From Tetramitus jugosus (Eukaryota > Protista > Heterolobosea): DNA of 64,000 nt. Location of the stretch: contig OW569349.1 in assembly GCA_937625935.1 (NCBI GenBank), positions 604,303-668,302 on the forward strand. Direction: 5' to 3'. This document shows positions 43,101-53,800 of this stretch, one piece after another. Every line of letters starts with the position of its first letter. Positions within the stretch are counted from its first letter, which is position 1. The position numbers and the translations under genes are program-made. A model generated the notes under the pieces. The model saw only the letters and a list, made by a program, of their open reading frames with translations, was not told the origin of the DNA and did no database searches.

Positions 43101-45257
43101 ACCGAGTGGGCAATCATGCATCAAACCGTCTCCTGGACAATAGAAGCCCTTAGGACAATCGAAATCAAGGAAGCTTCGGTAAACGAATTTACCTGGAGCA
43201 GGTCTAGTGACCAATGGCTTATCAAAACTACAACACAACCAACCATTCGAACATGATGAACTGGTTACAGCAAAGTCAGCAACAGAGATATTCTTTGGTT
43301 TCAATGAGTTGCAGTATGTGGCGAATGGCTTGAGAAACATATTATCTGGATTGGTTTGGAGTCGATCACACACTTCCGAATATCTATCCAAGGATCTGAT
43401 TTCCCATTCATACCTTGTAATGGATGAAAACACATGTTGGTCATTTTGTGATACATGTAAATCGTGTATCTCTCCAGGAGATTGTAAAATGTTAGAAAGA
43501 GTTAGTTGGAATTTTCCATTATTCTCTCCACTGTTGTATTGAGGTGTCTTTGTGACAACAGATATCATATTATTATCCTGAGCCAAATAAGTACTCGTTT
43601 TCCAGTAGAGATAATAGAAAGAATTCAAGTAGCTGTCAAATCCTTGGTTGAGTAGATTCACTTCACACTTGACATGCTTGGAGACTGAATCTACACAAGT
43701 CTCGTAAGAAACATCAGCAGATGTGTTCGAATAAGGGTATTCTCGAAATGCTTCACAGATCACTCTAGGATTCAAATAACCATCCTTGTTGTATGGTTCC
43801 AATTGTTGTCGAACATCTGTATGAGCACTTCGAATCGATTTGACTCTTCCACCCACAGCAATACCCTCTGAGGACTCACTGAAAGAAAATATGTTGTGCC
43901 AAGTACCATCTGACTGAAGACCTGGAAGAACAAAAAGCTTCGCTTCTCCTGTTCTCACATGATACTCTGCAACATTCAAGTACACTCCCAATGATGATTG
44001 ATACTTAACATTGTTGCAATTTGTATCAGAATTCAAGGACAGTGGCCTTCTTAGCGGGTCAACCTCGACCGATAAGGCTGTGATCTCACTCTCTGCAGTT
44101 GATACTTGATAAGCGATAGAGTCCAACTTGTTTGTCAGGTCAATCTCTCTATCTGTGGCTTCTGTGTTATCGAATTCTACGATTGTGACAAGCTTCGATG
44201 TGTAAATGGCAACAAACAAAGTTGGCTTTGCATGAGAGAAGCGAGAGGAATCAAAATAGGAAGGACCTTCATTTCCCAAATTGCTCCAATGAATGAAAGG
44301 TTCTATCCGAAGTTCCTCCTCTTGTTCTTTCCTTGGAGGTTGACCTGAAACCTTCCCATGATGCTTGAAACGTTCGTAATTAATAGTCCAAGTAGCTATC
44401 TTTTCCAATTCATTCCCGAATGAGAAGAACTGAATCTGAGAAGTTTTGGTCCGAGTGTTTTTCGTTGGAGTCGCGAGCTGAACCAGATTAATACTCAAGA
44501 GTGTCGAGTCTCCCATACTTACTACTCTCATATCAGGTACAGCCTTTACACTTTCATTGAAATCATGTCTCCGTCTCACAATTGGAATATTGGAATCATT
44601 CTTGCCATCTCTTGTGTCTCCTTTGTAGCTAAATGTCTCCAGGTAATATTGATGCTTTGTCTGATCATGCACAACACTGGCCATTGCTGTCATTGTCTTC
44701 ATATCAAATAGTATTTGTTGTGCATCAGATGGGAGTTGACTCCGTAAGAAATAAGGTGTCTTTAATCGCGAGTTGTATAGAACGATTTCTCCAGTGATGA
44801 GTGCCATGGCCAAATAACTGTCCTGTAGTAGTTGTGGTGTGACATTGGGAGTTGATTGATCATTGGTTGATTGGATAGTCGTGCTGCTACTCGTTCTGAT
44901 TGCTATGATGCTCCGACATTGGTCATTAGAGGTTCCTCCTTCACTGCGCCTTTGCAGAGATTGTTGTGCACTAGTTGAGCCACAGAGATATGGTTGACTA
45001 CTCGTTGGTAGAGAAAAGAACTCAACATCAGAGATGAATCGTTGACGTGAAGCAAATGAATTCTGATGTTGACACCAAGTGGCATGCACATTGGATGTAA
45101 GTTGATCAAATGTCCTTGAAGATTCACAAGATGAAGGAACTCCTGGATAAATTCTGCCTGCTCCTCGGACATGATTCGATAGGAATGTTAAAACAAACAG
45201 TAGGTGCACAACGATGGTGATCACACCTATGACTTTGAACGGAGGTGACATATTCAT
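40149..45257 (-). CDS. ABCG-type half transporter with a very large Cys-rich extracellular N-terminal region; intron 41961-42026
   Basis: N-terminal hydrophobic segment, CPxGxYCP repeats and a TM helix. Then Walker A GVSGAGK|SS, ISGGERKRVSVG, DEPTSGLD and an ABC2 membrane domain. Confidence 0.92.
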   Translation of the reverse strand: MNMSPPFKVIGVITIVVHLLFVLTFLSNHVRGAGRIYPGVPSSCESSRTFDQLTSNVHATWCQHQNSFASRQRFISDVEFFSLPTSSQPYLCGSTSAQQSLQRRSEGGTSNDQCRSIIAIRTSSSTTIQSTNDQSTPNVTPQLLQDSYLAMALITGEIVLYNSRLKTPYFLRSQLPSDAQQILFDMKTMTAMASVVHDQTKHQYYLETFSYKGDTRDGKNDSNIPIVRRRHDFNESVKAVPDMRVVSMGDSTLLSINLVQLATPTKNTRTKTSQIQFFSFGNELEKIATWTINYERFKHHGKVSGQPPRKEQEEELRIEPFIHWSNLGNEGPSYFDSSRFSHAKPTLFVAIYTSKLVTIVEFDNTEATDREIDLTNKLDSIAYQVSTAESEITALSVEVDPLRRPLSLNSDTNCNNVKYQSSLGVYLNVAEYHVRTGEAKLFVLPGLQSDGTWHNIFSFSESSEGIAVGGRVKSIRSAHTDVRQQLEPYNKDGYLNPRVICEAFREYPYSNTSADVSYETCVDSVSKHVKCEVNLLNQGFDSYLNSFYYLYWKTSTYLAQDNNMISVVTKTPQYNSGENNGKFQLTLSNILQSPGEIHDLHVSQNDQHVFSSITRYEWEIRSLDRYSEVCDRLQTNPDNMFLKPFATYCNSLKPKNISVADFAVTSSSCSNGWLCCSFDKPLVTRPAPGKFVYRSFLDFDCPKGFYCPGDGLMHDCPLGLVCPEAGLINPLPCSLPHLGENSGFQPLQQTCYSNNLVKEVKAPVGTWAATSVFPPILVPPGKFLLKVRTKSGEIMLAGIYDCKLGDYCGLGREVIVEEEKDPRFHYDELLCPGQTYCTNSTVMEPHICLTPGSTSMPYCPPGTMQNQKCPAGFYCPNPNEKYSCSRTQYCPEGSFLALPCTAGYYCPDPTIQVKCPKKHFCQAGSVSPVRCTFFFSHCPAGSPKDSMTASGIATIIFIIVSIGVLYGLYILYLMYHRRYGDSYRSKRKQKLEEKKNSMNKIDSSQHLLVVKIPDYQTIQKDERPRIELPKSDFALDIRFEELGLKLRSNKQIVLQGVNGEVQHGKLTAVMGVSGAGKVCMEHFCIYRIHVLTLTMNIFKSSFISALAGRAYYGDVLGKIFVNGEMVDNLDKYGDRIGFVPQDDIMIRECTVEESLYFSARTRLDRKKSKNEIMDIVDNVIQVLGLGHVRHSVIGDEDKRGISGGERKRVSVGIELVAQPIILFCDEPTSGLDSAAAKEVCEALKSIAKSGITVVGVIHQPRYECFEMFDSLLLLGRGGRTAYMGPVTGVQKYFECLGYSFPTHVNPSDYLMDITSGTVFPTQRTGEAELALPVEVDNLPDIWMEFESKTKLGNEISIRQSTIQENRSEYNQTYRKAKYSLLYQFIMCFERSAIQQLRGLGSIILDSILVALTGFFVGMLFLGDKFKGPVPPEIYNQCPKELREGCKHPVSNPIVTLSNTIGMGMALCSIMASLRVFGREKTVYRKESQTGLSTVLYFWAKDLSMIPNNIIAPLIFTSIFYSLMGPKAPTIEYFYTILLTYWSCYGLGYVISIVVAPHIAQLAAVVMIFILNIFSGISPRLPMFEEMKFPLRYAPFFSPLRYSMELFYINELWTYRKIYDLSGALDTFGYQFSHHALCWGMLLVLGLSFRLLACLMLLLTKPNNPVYRQWFKITNWSRYSKVWHSIKSTSSLIWQDLRAHFSE

Positions 45258-45512
45258 ATATTTGTGGTGGTGTTTGTGCTGCTTTGGCCTTTGGTTGCCC
45301 AAAATGAATTCCTGAAGAGCGATTCCTGAATTGCTAAGTATTTTTACTCACGGCCGGATGCCGGAGCGCAACAAAAATAAATATCCATGAGGACACGCGA
45401 TACTATTCTGAAGGCAAGCAGAGCTAGATCCGCAAGGGCTTTAGCTGACACTCCGGCGAAAACAAAAGCCCCTACGTACATTCCTCACACTGTCCATTTG
45501 ATCTTTGCGGAA

Positions 45513-47270
45513 CTACCTGGCTGCTGAGCTCTGAGCATCCAACCAATCGATCCGCTCCAAAAGACTCGGATGTTGTCTATTATACACACTGTACATTCCA
45601 GTGCCACAAATGCTGTCGACACCTGCATTGAGATCACAAATTGAGATGAGTGCCTCCCGTATGTTGGTATGATTTTTCTGGGCAAACACGTCACACTTAA
45701 ACTCCCAAGATCGTTGGACAAAATTGCTGATCATATTGATCAAGGATGCCACGGGTGAATACATGTATGAAAATAGACACAAGCCAACACCCGTGTCCAC
45801 CTTGTCGAATCCAAAGCTAGTATAAAATTCTGTGCGATAGGCGACCAATGAAAATAGAAACAGGAATACACCAAGCGAAAACAAGTGCAAACCTATAGTC
45901 CATGCAGAGTGCCTGTTTTGGTAGTGGCAAACTTCGTGTGCGATCACAGCCTGCACCTCTTCAACCGACAACTCCAATAGTGGAGAGTAAATGACTATCC
46001 ACAAAATGCCACTCTTCTCCACAGTAAATGCATTCATTATGTCTTCATGTTCCACAACTACCACTTGCCACATGTTCTCCTTGATGCCTAATCGCTTGAA
46101 GAATGGGTTCCAGTCACTCCGAGAGAAGAATCTATCTTTTGATGTAGTAGTGGTTGATCCATCCGTTTCTTGCTGTTGACCGCACTTATTCATGTTACAA
46201 GTCTTACGCGATGTCGTGTTTGCTAGCGTATCCTTGGAGGGCGATGAAGGCATTGATTTCCTGCGGCGACATTGTGTCACGTCAGTAGTTTCCAGACCAA
46301 TCATCCGCCGCCAAGTATCCTTATCAAAATTTGTTGAATAGTCATTTTCGTCATCAGTTTCTTCGTCATCCGAACGACTGGTACTCGAGTTGCTGCTTTC
46401 ATCTTGAACGTGCTCACTATTGTCATGCTCATTGTCATTATTCCCATCAAGTTCATCATTGTCACTGCCATCAATGCTGCTACCATTCGAATCATCACCA
46501 CTCACTGGTGCAAGATCCAAGTGCGCACAATTGTTTGGGTCATCTTCCAAAACAGAAGACTTGTTCAATGAAACATTGAAAAACAAGGGAAGCAACACAG
46601 ATGGATACAATTCAAATATACCAACAGATAGAGCACCTGCACCGACCCATATATACAGCCATTGCTCTCCACCTCCAATATTGATCAACCATAGAATTAA
46701 ACTGAGCAAAGGGCAACCGATCACCACTGCCAAAAATCCCATTTTCAACTGTGCAGACAACCACTTGCCAAAACTATCGGTCCAACTCTCCTCCACCACA
46801 AAGACACGATAAATTTCGAATGGAGCCTTGCATATCGAACTGGACAAACTCACAATAAACAAAAAGATGACACCTCTCCAAATCTCAAAATGATCCATCA
46901 TAAATGGATAGCGATTACCCAATCCAAGACCAACAGCACTACCACTACCAACAACAACAACATTGCTCAACACGAAATATTCAGTAATCGATTGACTCAA
47001 CCGAAAAATCCACAAAAAGACTCCACTCAACAAAATGCCATTCTCACAGACGAAACCATAGGTGCTCTCCAATCGTTCGAACAAGGTTTTTTGAACTGAT
47101 TCATGAATCATCTGTTGCCACTCTTGAGCATCGATCTGAAGAGACAAGTGCTCCAGTGCAGACTTATCACTGTACTTCTTTTTGAGTCGCTGAACATAAC
47201 GAATCGTTACAATCTGATCAAAAAAGAAGCTAAATAGCTGAAGAGCCAGTGTGATGATAAAGTACACCAT
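45513..47270 (-). CDS. Ste24/ZMPSTE24-like M48 CAAX prenyl protease with an acidic low-complexity insertion
   Basis: Multi-TM N-terminus, NAF, VQAVIAHEVCH (HExxH), RSWEFKCDVFA, HPSLLERI. Confidence 0.85.
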   Translation of the reverse strand: MVYFIITLALQLFSFFFDQIVTIRYVQRLKKKYSDKSALEHLSLQIDAQEWQQMIHESVQKTLFERLESTYGFVCENGILLSGVFLWIFRLSQSITEYFVLSNVVVVGSGSAVGLGLGNRYPFMMDHFEIWRGVIFLFIVSLSSSICKAPFEIYRVFVVEESWTDSFGKWLSAQLKMGFLAVVIGCPLLSLILWLINIGGGEQWLYIWVGAGALSVGIFELYPSVLLPLFFNVSLNKSSVLEDDPNNCAHLDLAPVSGDDSNGSSIDGSDNDELDGNNDNEHDNSEHVQDESSNSSTSRSDDEETDDENDYSTNFDKDTWRRMIGLETTDVTQCRRRKSMPSSPSKDTLANTTSRKTCNMNKCGQQQETDGSTTTTSKDRFFSRSDWNPFFKRLGIKENMWQVVVVEHEDIMNAFTVEKSGILWIVIYSPLLELSVEEVQAVIAHEVCHYQNRHSAWTIGLHLFSLGVFLFLFSLVAYRTEFYTSFGFDKVDTGVGLCLFSYMYSPVASLINMISNFVQRSWEFKCDVFAQKNHTNIREALISICDLNAGVDSICGTGMYSVYNRQHPSLLERIDWLDAQSSAAR

Positions 47271-47519
47271 AATCTATTTTTTTTCACTCTTGATGCCGTC
47301 TTGTTGTGAAGCAATAACAAGCAATGGTAGACACTTGAACACCTTTGATTTTGAGCGGGAGAATATTTGCTTTTTCAGCTCGGAGAATCAAAACTATTGC
47401 GTTTGAGGAGATTCGAACTCGCGCTTGTCACAAACCAACACAACGGAAGCAAACCATGTGTGATCAGTATGGAAAGAAAAGAAAAGATTGATCCTGAGGA
47501 ATACAATACACAATGTTGT

Positions 47520-49943
47520 TTATACTTTCACAACAAATGAAGATGATGTACCACTGTAGTTCTTCAATCCATTAAGATGTTTTGCAACTCCAAAATGTTG
47601 GATACGATAAGTACCAGACTGAACAGGCACTGTCTCTCCAATACTCCACTGGATGATTGCGAGTGACTCAGCTGGTGTGAAGTAACTGACTCTGGTCCAT
47701 CTGAACTTTGTATCCCAATCAGCATCATTGAAGATAACAGTCCAAGATCCACCTGTTTCCTGTCTCTCTACAGTCAAGAAAGTCTTGCCAATCATATAAT
47801 CATTCTTAGGATGACCAGCCCAGAAGGAAACTTCGACCAAATCACCTGTGGTATAAGTTTTGGTTTTATCGACATCCTTATCGACGCTACCAAAATGCTT
47901 ACCAATTGGAGGGAGATCGAGAATCACACCAGGATCAAAACTGATCATATTCTTCAAATGATTTAATGGAGTGGGACCTGGTGGCACTGGCTTTCTCTGT
48001 GCGATGGACAACGCAAGTTTGTTGAACTCTTGTACATATGCACTCAAAGTGTGTGGACCATAAATCGTGCTAGCACCTTCATATCTTTGCATTTGATACT
48101 CTTCATACGTGGTTGAATATCCAGAGTAGGCATTAGAAAGACCACTAACAACAACTGTTGTGGAATCAGAAGGAAAATCTATAGGATTAGCCTTTGTGAT
48201 TGAGTTATGAATAAAATTTCGAAGTCTACGACCACTCATGGTAGTAATCTCGGAAGGTACATTCAACATCACAAGGTTACCCAATCTGAAGATTTGAATG
48301 GGTAGAATATCGGCGCACCATGGATAGGGCTTCGTCATTCCGACATCCAACAAAATAGGTTTTGGCGCTTGACACTTCTTTTGTTCTTCAGTCGGGTGAG
48401 CGATAAAACCACTAATGAAGTTCCAGAACGGGTTTCCAGCTGTATGATTATCCCCCTGTCTAAAGCTCAGATCTCCTGGGCCATCTGTTGTTCCTGCTGC
48501 GAAGCTGTAGCCCATTGCTGCCCTACAAGTTGTTCCGGATGTGAGATTTCCTCCAGCTAAGTTAAGATATTGGCTGTCAACTGTGACATTGAACATATCG
48601 ACAAAGGTGTGTCTAAAATCAATAGGGCCCTTCAAAGCAGTGCTATTAGACACATTCATAAATAGATCCCATGCCTTCTTAAATTGATTGTCACCAATAA
48701 TTTTTGTAGATTCGAACTCATCCTCTCCTGGACCTTTGCCGGTACAGAGTTGAGTCTTTCCCTGGCATGTAGAATCAGGATCACAAGGTGTCACACCATC
48801 TGGGCAACTAGCTCCTCTTGTATTGGGAGAAACATCTCCTTCATTGGTCTGAGCGAACACTGCCACAAAATCTCCGCCAATATTTTTCCGATTCATGGTA
48901 ATTTCAAACTTGTAAGCTGCAAAACCCTTGTTATCACCAGAAATGTATTGGTTGGTATTGGTCATGGATGTACCGTGAACAGAGAACCAGTTGAGCATAC
49001 CAATTGGCACACCTTGTTCGTTCTCAAGTCTCAAGAGAACCATTCTCTTATCTGTGTCACCAATGTTTGCATACTTGGCACGTTCTTCACTTGGATTCAT
49101 CAAGTAAGCAGTAGGAGATCGATTAATGTTTGATCCAAACAAGTCACCTTGACTCATCAAAATTCTTCCTCCCTCACTCATACTGTTGTGTGCCTTTTCA
49201 ATGGCAGCGATGATACCATTCACCACAGTTTCAAAATTCTTGTGCTCGAAACCCAGTGTCGTAATATCATACACAGTGTACCAACTGAGTCCACCTGGAG
49301 TTGCATGTGTGTGCGTCGATGTCAGAACAATATTGTCCATATTGTAATACTTTGCGAGTTGTGGGTGTTGCTGTATTCTCTCTACCACTGTTGCTTTCAC
49401 AGCAATGGTCGACATGCACAAATCCAGATTCACAATCACAAAACGTTCACCATTGACCTTGGATGCAACTGCAATGGCTCTAGCATAGGTACGAAAATGG
49501 ATACCATGGGTTCTCTGGTTCAACATGGCATAACCTAAGACATGTCAGATCAATAAATCAGAAGAATGAGGATGAGGATTAGTCAATCGATTGACGACGC
49601 ATTGCTTTGATGGCTTGATTCTTGTTTTCCAACTTCAATCAATTGGAACAAAAATCAAGCATCTGGAAAAAAAAACAGGTTGCCAGCATGAAAAAGAATC
49701 GAGTGACCATCTGGCGACCGTTTTTTTTGGTTTTACAAATGTGACTGAAACCATACCCATCATTCCTACTTCTGCAGCAGGTCCTGTAATGTCTTGCTTG
49801 GCAACACCAATCTTGTACAAATTTTCATCATTTGGAATCTGTTGCCCCTTTGTAGTTGCAGCAGATTGAACAATAGACAGTGTACTCAATAGTAGAGTCA
49901 ATAACAGAAACAACGTTGTTGTAAACAAAAGATATCTGGACAT
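47520..49943 (-). CDS. Neutral/alkaline ceramidase; intron 49535-49756
   Basis: Signal peptide, DITGPAAEVGMMG|YA, THTHATPGG, NRSP.AY, VHGTSM, SGDNKG, QRYEGASTIYGP. Confidence 0.95.
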
Positions 49944-50171
49944 TGTTGTTCTTTGTTTGTTTTTTGGTTTAATTTTGGTTGAGTTTTGCTTCAGCTGTCG
50001 CAGGGGCGTATTTCTGTTGCGACATTGTCCATGGAAGCCAATCGGCCGACATTTTCCCTCAGCTCTCCAAGAGAAAGCGAGTGAAATCAGACTAGATGAC
50101 GTCAGACATCACTGTGTGGGCCTCGCAAAGGGAGGACATACCGGTGTGTGCAAAGATTTTCTTGGTCGCTG

Positions 50172-51041
50172 TTATTGACAGTCGAGAAGGATTGGATTAG
50201 CTCGTTCATACATGATATCTGATCTGATGATATACTTGTAGCTATTTTCTGTTTGATGGGGAGCACCCTCATGCCTCCAATTCTGTTCTCCAGCTTGATA
50301 GAACACGAGCGCTTTGCCTGTTTGACAATTAACCTTGGTCTCCACAGCAGTACCCGAAGTGTCGAAATAATTACGTTTGTTTCCTGGGAAGAACACAGTT
50401 TCACCACCATCCAAGTCCTCACCATTCAAATACAAAATGAATGTGAGAAGAGTTTTCTCATTGGCATTCCTTGTGTAGCCAGCATCAAAGTGAGGTCCAA
50501 ATTTTTGACCCTTTGAATACTTGTTGAACCTCCATCTACCATTCAGAGCCTCCTGTCTCTTCAATCTCCACTCTTCATTCTGATAGGTCACAGTTGGTGG
50601 TAAATGATCGACGATTCGGTTTTGGATCACGTCCAACATCGACTTGGGTATATCACAGAGAACTCGGCTTGAATCTCTCAATTGTCTCGTATAATCATTG
50701 ATTTCACTGTTCTGAAAGGAACCGGATAAGATGGAGAGAGGTGCTGGACTGTACCCCAACTGTTCACTCAGCGCAATGAGTTGTTGACACTCGTTGGATG
50801 AACAGACATTGAACAGGACGAAAGCGCCAGGAACATTGGCGAGTTCATCCCTTGTAATGTCGGATTCTTCATCAAATTGGATGTTATCTGCTTGTTCAGT
50901 GTCCACATGCCTCAAAAGATCATTCACATGGTATGTTTTGTCTGTGCCACCCTTCTCTGTGATAGTTGCTTGGTTGAGCTGCGTTGTTCCGCCATTATTG
51001 GTGGAGCTTTCTGATGTATGTAGTGATGTACTTTGACCCAT
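50172..51041 (-). CDS. 2OG-Fe(II) oxygenase (prolyl-4-hydroxylase-like), possibly N-myristoylated
   Basis: RFNKY..GQKFGPHFD, LYLN..GGETVF, HEG, KYIIRSDIMY. Starts MGQSTS. Confidence 0.88.
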   Translation of the reverse strand: MGQSTSLHTSESSTNNGGTTQLNQATITEKGGTDKTYHVNDLLRHVDTEQADNIQFDEESDITRDELANVPGAFVLFNVCSSNECQQLIALSEQLGYSPAPLSILSGSFQNSEINDYTRQLRDSSRVLCDIPKSMLDVIQNRIVDHLPPTVTYQNEEWRLKRQEALNGRWRFNKYSKGQKFGPHFDAGYTRNANEKTLLTFILYLNGEDLDGGETVFFPGNKRNYFDTSGTAVETKVNCQTGKALVFYQAGEQNWRHEGAPHQTENSYKYIIRSDIMYERANPILLDCQ

Positions 51042-51360
51042 GGTTTGATCTTGTGTTGTCTGGCAATGTTGTGTTTCTCCTCACACAGATGTCCCTGTAG
51101 CTTGTGACACCTTCACCAAGTACGACCAGAGTTCGCACCGAAACTGTTCGAACATCGGTGTTTTATGTTGTTTGTTGAATTTTCAAGCAAAAAATTTTGT
51201 AAGTTTGTTTTGATCAAGATAAATTTAGAATGGATTTCCAAAGCCAACAAAAAATTTTGCTTCACTGACACGGCCAAAGGTTATCACAAAGCACATAAAC
51301 ACATAAAACATCCAATTCGTTGCGTATCCCTCAGATCAACATTAACTGGAGAGTTTCAAC

Positions 51361-52677
51361 ATGTCCACCGTAGCAGAACAAGAACTTTTAGACACATTCA
51401 CCAAAGCACAACAGCTGCAAAAGGATGGCGATCAAAACTCTGATCAAGTGATCCGTCTCTATCAACAAATTGTGAATTATAATTCTGACAGCGTTGCCAG
51501 AAATGAACAAATTATAAAAACCAAAGAGGACAGTATCTATAAATTGGCAGAGATTTATGCAAGATTGAAGCAGCCACAAGAGTTGCGAAATTTGAATGAG
51601 TCTATTCGTCCATTTTTCACCGATCTTGCAAAGGCAAAGACTGCAAAGATTGTGAGAACCATTATTGAGTTGGTAGGAACAATTGAAAACACATTAGATA
51701 TTCAAATTGATATTTGCAAGGAGTCAATTGATTGGTCAACACGAGAGAAACGAAATTTCTTGAGACAGAGAATCGAATCGAGACTTGCTGCTCTCTATTT
51801 TGAGAAGAAGGACTATCCTTCAGCATTGAATTTAATCAACAAATTGTCAAGAGAAGTTAGAAGATTGGATGATAAGGCACTGTTGGTCGAGATTCACTTG
51901 TTGGAATCCAGAATTCAACATGCTTTGAAGAATATACCAAAGGCAAGAGCAGCTCTCACTGCTGGTCGTACAGCTGCCAATTCCATTTATTGTCCACCAT
52001 TGTTGCAAGCCGATATCGATATGCAATCTGGTATTTTGCACGCAGAAGAGAAGGATTATAAGACTGCCTTCTCGTACTTCTTTGAAGCATTTGAAGGCTA
52101 CAATAGTTTGCAAGAAACATTAATCGGAGGTCAACAAGCCATTCTCTGCCTCAAGTACATGTTGCTGTGTAAGGTCATGACACACCACCCAGAAGATGTT
52201 CAAAGTATTTTGTCATCAAAGAATGCGCTGAAATATACGGGACCACAGATTGATTCTATTAGAGAGATCTCAAATGCGTTCCAAGAGAGATCCCTTCATG
52301 CATTTGACCGAACATTGCAGCAATACAAGGTTGAATTGGTTGATGATCCAATAGTTTACACTCATTTTGCTGAGTTGTATGATAGTCTGCTGGAGCAACA
52401 TTTGTTGAGAATCATTGAGCCTTATTCCAGAGTTCAAATATCTCACGTGGCTACCCTTATTGATCTCCCAAGAGAAAAGGTTGAAAAGAAGTTGAGCCAA
52501 ATGATTTTGGATGCTACCCTGAATGGAACACTGGATCAAGGAAGAGATTGCTTGATTGTGTTTGAAGAAACAAAGAAGGATGAATCATATCCTGCCGCCT
52601 TGGAGACCATAGAGAGTATGAATTCTGTCATGGACTCTCTCTTCCTTCGTGCAACTCAGCTCGCACGCATGAAGTAG
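51361..52677 (+). CDS. PSMD11: 26S proteasome regulatory subunit Rpn6
   Basis: AKAKTAKIVR, DDKALLVEIHLLES, ANSIYCPP, DYKTAFSYFFEAFE, IIEPYSRV, LSQMILD. Confidence 0.97.
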   Translation: MSTVAEQELLDTFTKAQQLQKDGDQNSDQVIRLYQQIVNYNSDSVARNEQIIKTKEDSIYKLAEIYARLKQPQELRNLNESIRPFFTDLAKAKTAKIVRTIIELVGTIENTLDIQIDICKESIDWSTREKRNFLRQRIESRLAALYFEKKDYPSALNLINKLSREVRRLDDKALLVEIHLLESRIQHALKNIPKARAALTAGRTAANSIYCPPLLQADIDMQSGILHAEEKDYKTAFSYFFEAFEGYNSLQETLIGGQQAILCLKYMLLCKVMTHHPEDVQSILSSKNALKYTGPQIDSIREISNAFQERSLHAFDRTLQQYKVELVDDPIVYTHFAELYDSLLEQHLLRIIEPYSRVQISHVATLIDLPREKVEKKLSQMILDATLNGTLDQGRDCLIVFEETKKDESYPAALETIESMNSVMDSLFLRATQLARMK

Positions 52678-52920
52678 ATGCAAGATTCTTATCTTTCAAT
52701 TTGTACATTGTTGTCCGAACCTGCTGGACTGTTGTAATCCCCTATAAAGAATCCTTTAATCCCTATGAATTCTAAAGTCAGTTGTAGTGCGGTGTTAGCC
52801 CTTGCTTGGTCCATAAATGGCTCGCAGCGCAACAGACGTTGTGTTGACTACAGACGCAATTTCTGAGCGGGTGTTTGTTCTTCTCTCCAACTGCAATAGA
52901 AAAACTAACCCGACTCAATA

Positions 52921-53388
52921 ATGATGATAACTACAGCCACCTCTAGTCAAACGAATTATGTTGCTATTGCTGTGGGATTAGGTGTGGGATTGGGTGTTGG
53001 GATACCTACAATGATCGTGATTCTTCTATTGATCTTATTGTCGATCATTTTGACTTCGCTCGGTATCTTTGCCCTATGTCGAAGAAGAAGAAGAATGGAA
53101 GAGAATAGAGACATTGAAATGCAAGATCTTGCCAAGATTGCTTTGGAAGAACTCCATCAGGAAGAGGAGGAACCCATACTCATGCCTGCAACTCCCAGAC
53201 AGGAGTTCAAGGATGACAACATCGAATCATCAACTGTGTTTGCCACTGAAGGAGATGAGCAAGAAGCAACACACAACTTTCAAGAAAGAACAGAAAGGGA
53301 TGTCACGTGTGTAACTGAGAGGGAAAAGGATAACAATCACAAAGGAGTGAAGCCTGCTTGGGAAGAACCCTCATTTCACGAACAGTAG
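52921..53388 (+). CDS. Small single-pass membrane protein
   Basis: Long hydrophobic stretch (IAVGLGVGLGVG...) followed by RRRRR and an acidic tail. Confidence 0.6.
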   Translation: MMITTATSSQTNYVAIAVGLGVGLGVGIPTMIVILLLILLSIILTSLGIFALCRRRRRMEENRDIEMQDLAKIALEELHQEEEEPILMPATPRQEFKDDNIESSTVFATEGDEQEATHNFQERTERDVTCVTEREKDNNHKGVKPAWEEPSFHEQ

Positions 53389-53800
53389 TTGAACTGTGCA
53401 CAAGCTAAACTCGACCAAAACTAGTCAACAATGAACCAATAATTTTCATGAAATGCTTTTGATTTGTTTCTGTGGCGGAGTTCTTTTGGGGTCAAGGGGA
53501 AGAAAAACACAATCCGCGTAATTACATAAGGATACCGATTGTCGCGCTTTTGAGAGGTGATAAGCGTTGACTTTTTGACTCTCCCTTGACCAAAAAGCCG
53601 CTGGCAAGAGATTGCGCGATGTAGTTCAATTGTACTATTTGGGACTCGATCCTAAAAATGAGGTTGCTCTTTCCTCCCCTGAAGGAACCAAATTCATGTC
53701 AACAGTGCCATATTCACACCCCTTCATCCATGATGTTGAGTGATTCTTCTCACAAGCAAACAAGAACAATCTCAGAACCAAACCGAACCAAATCATTATC

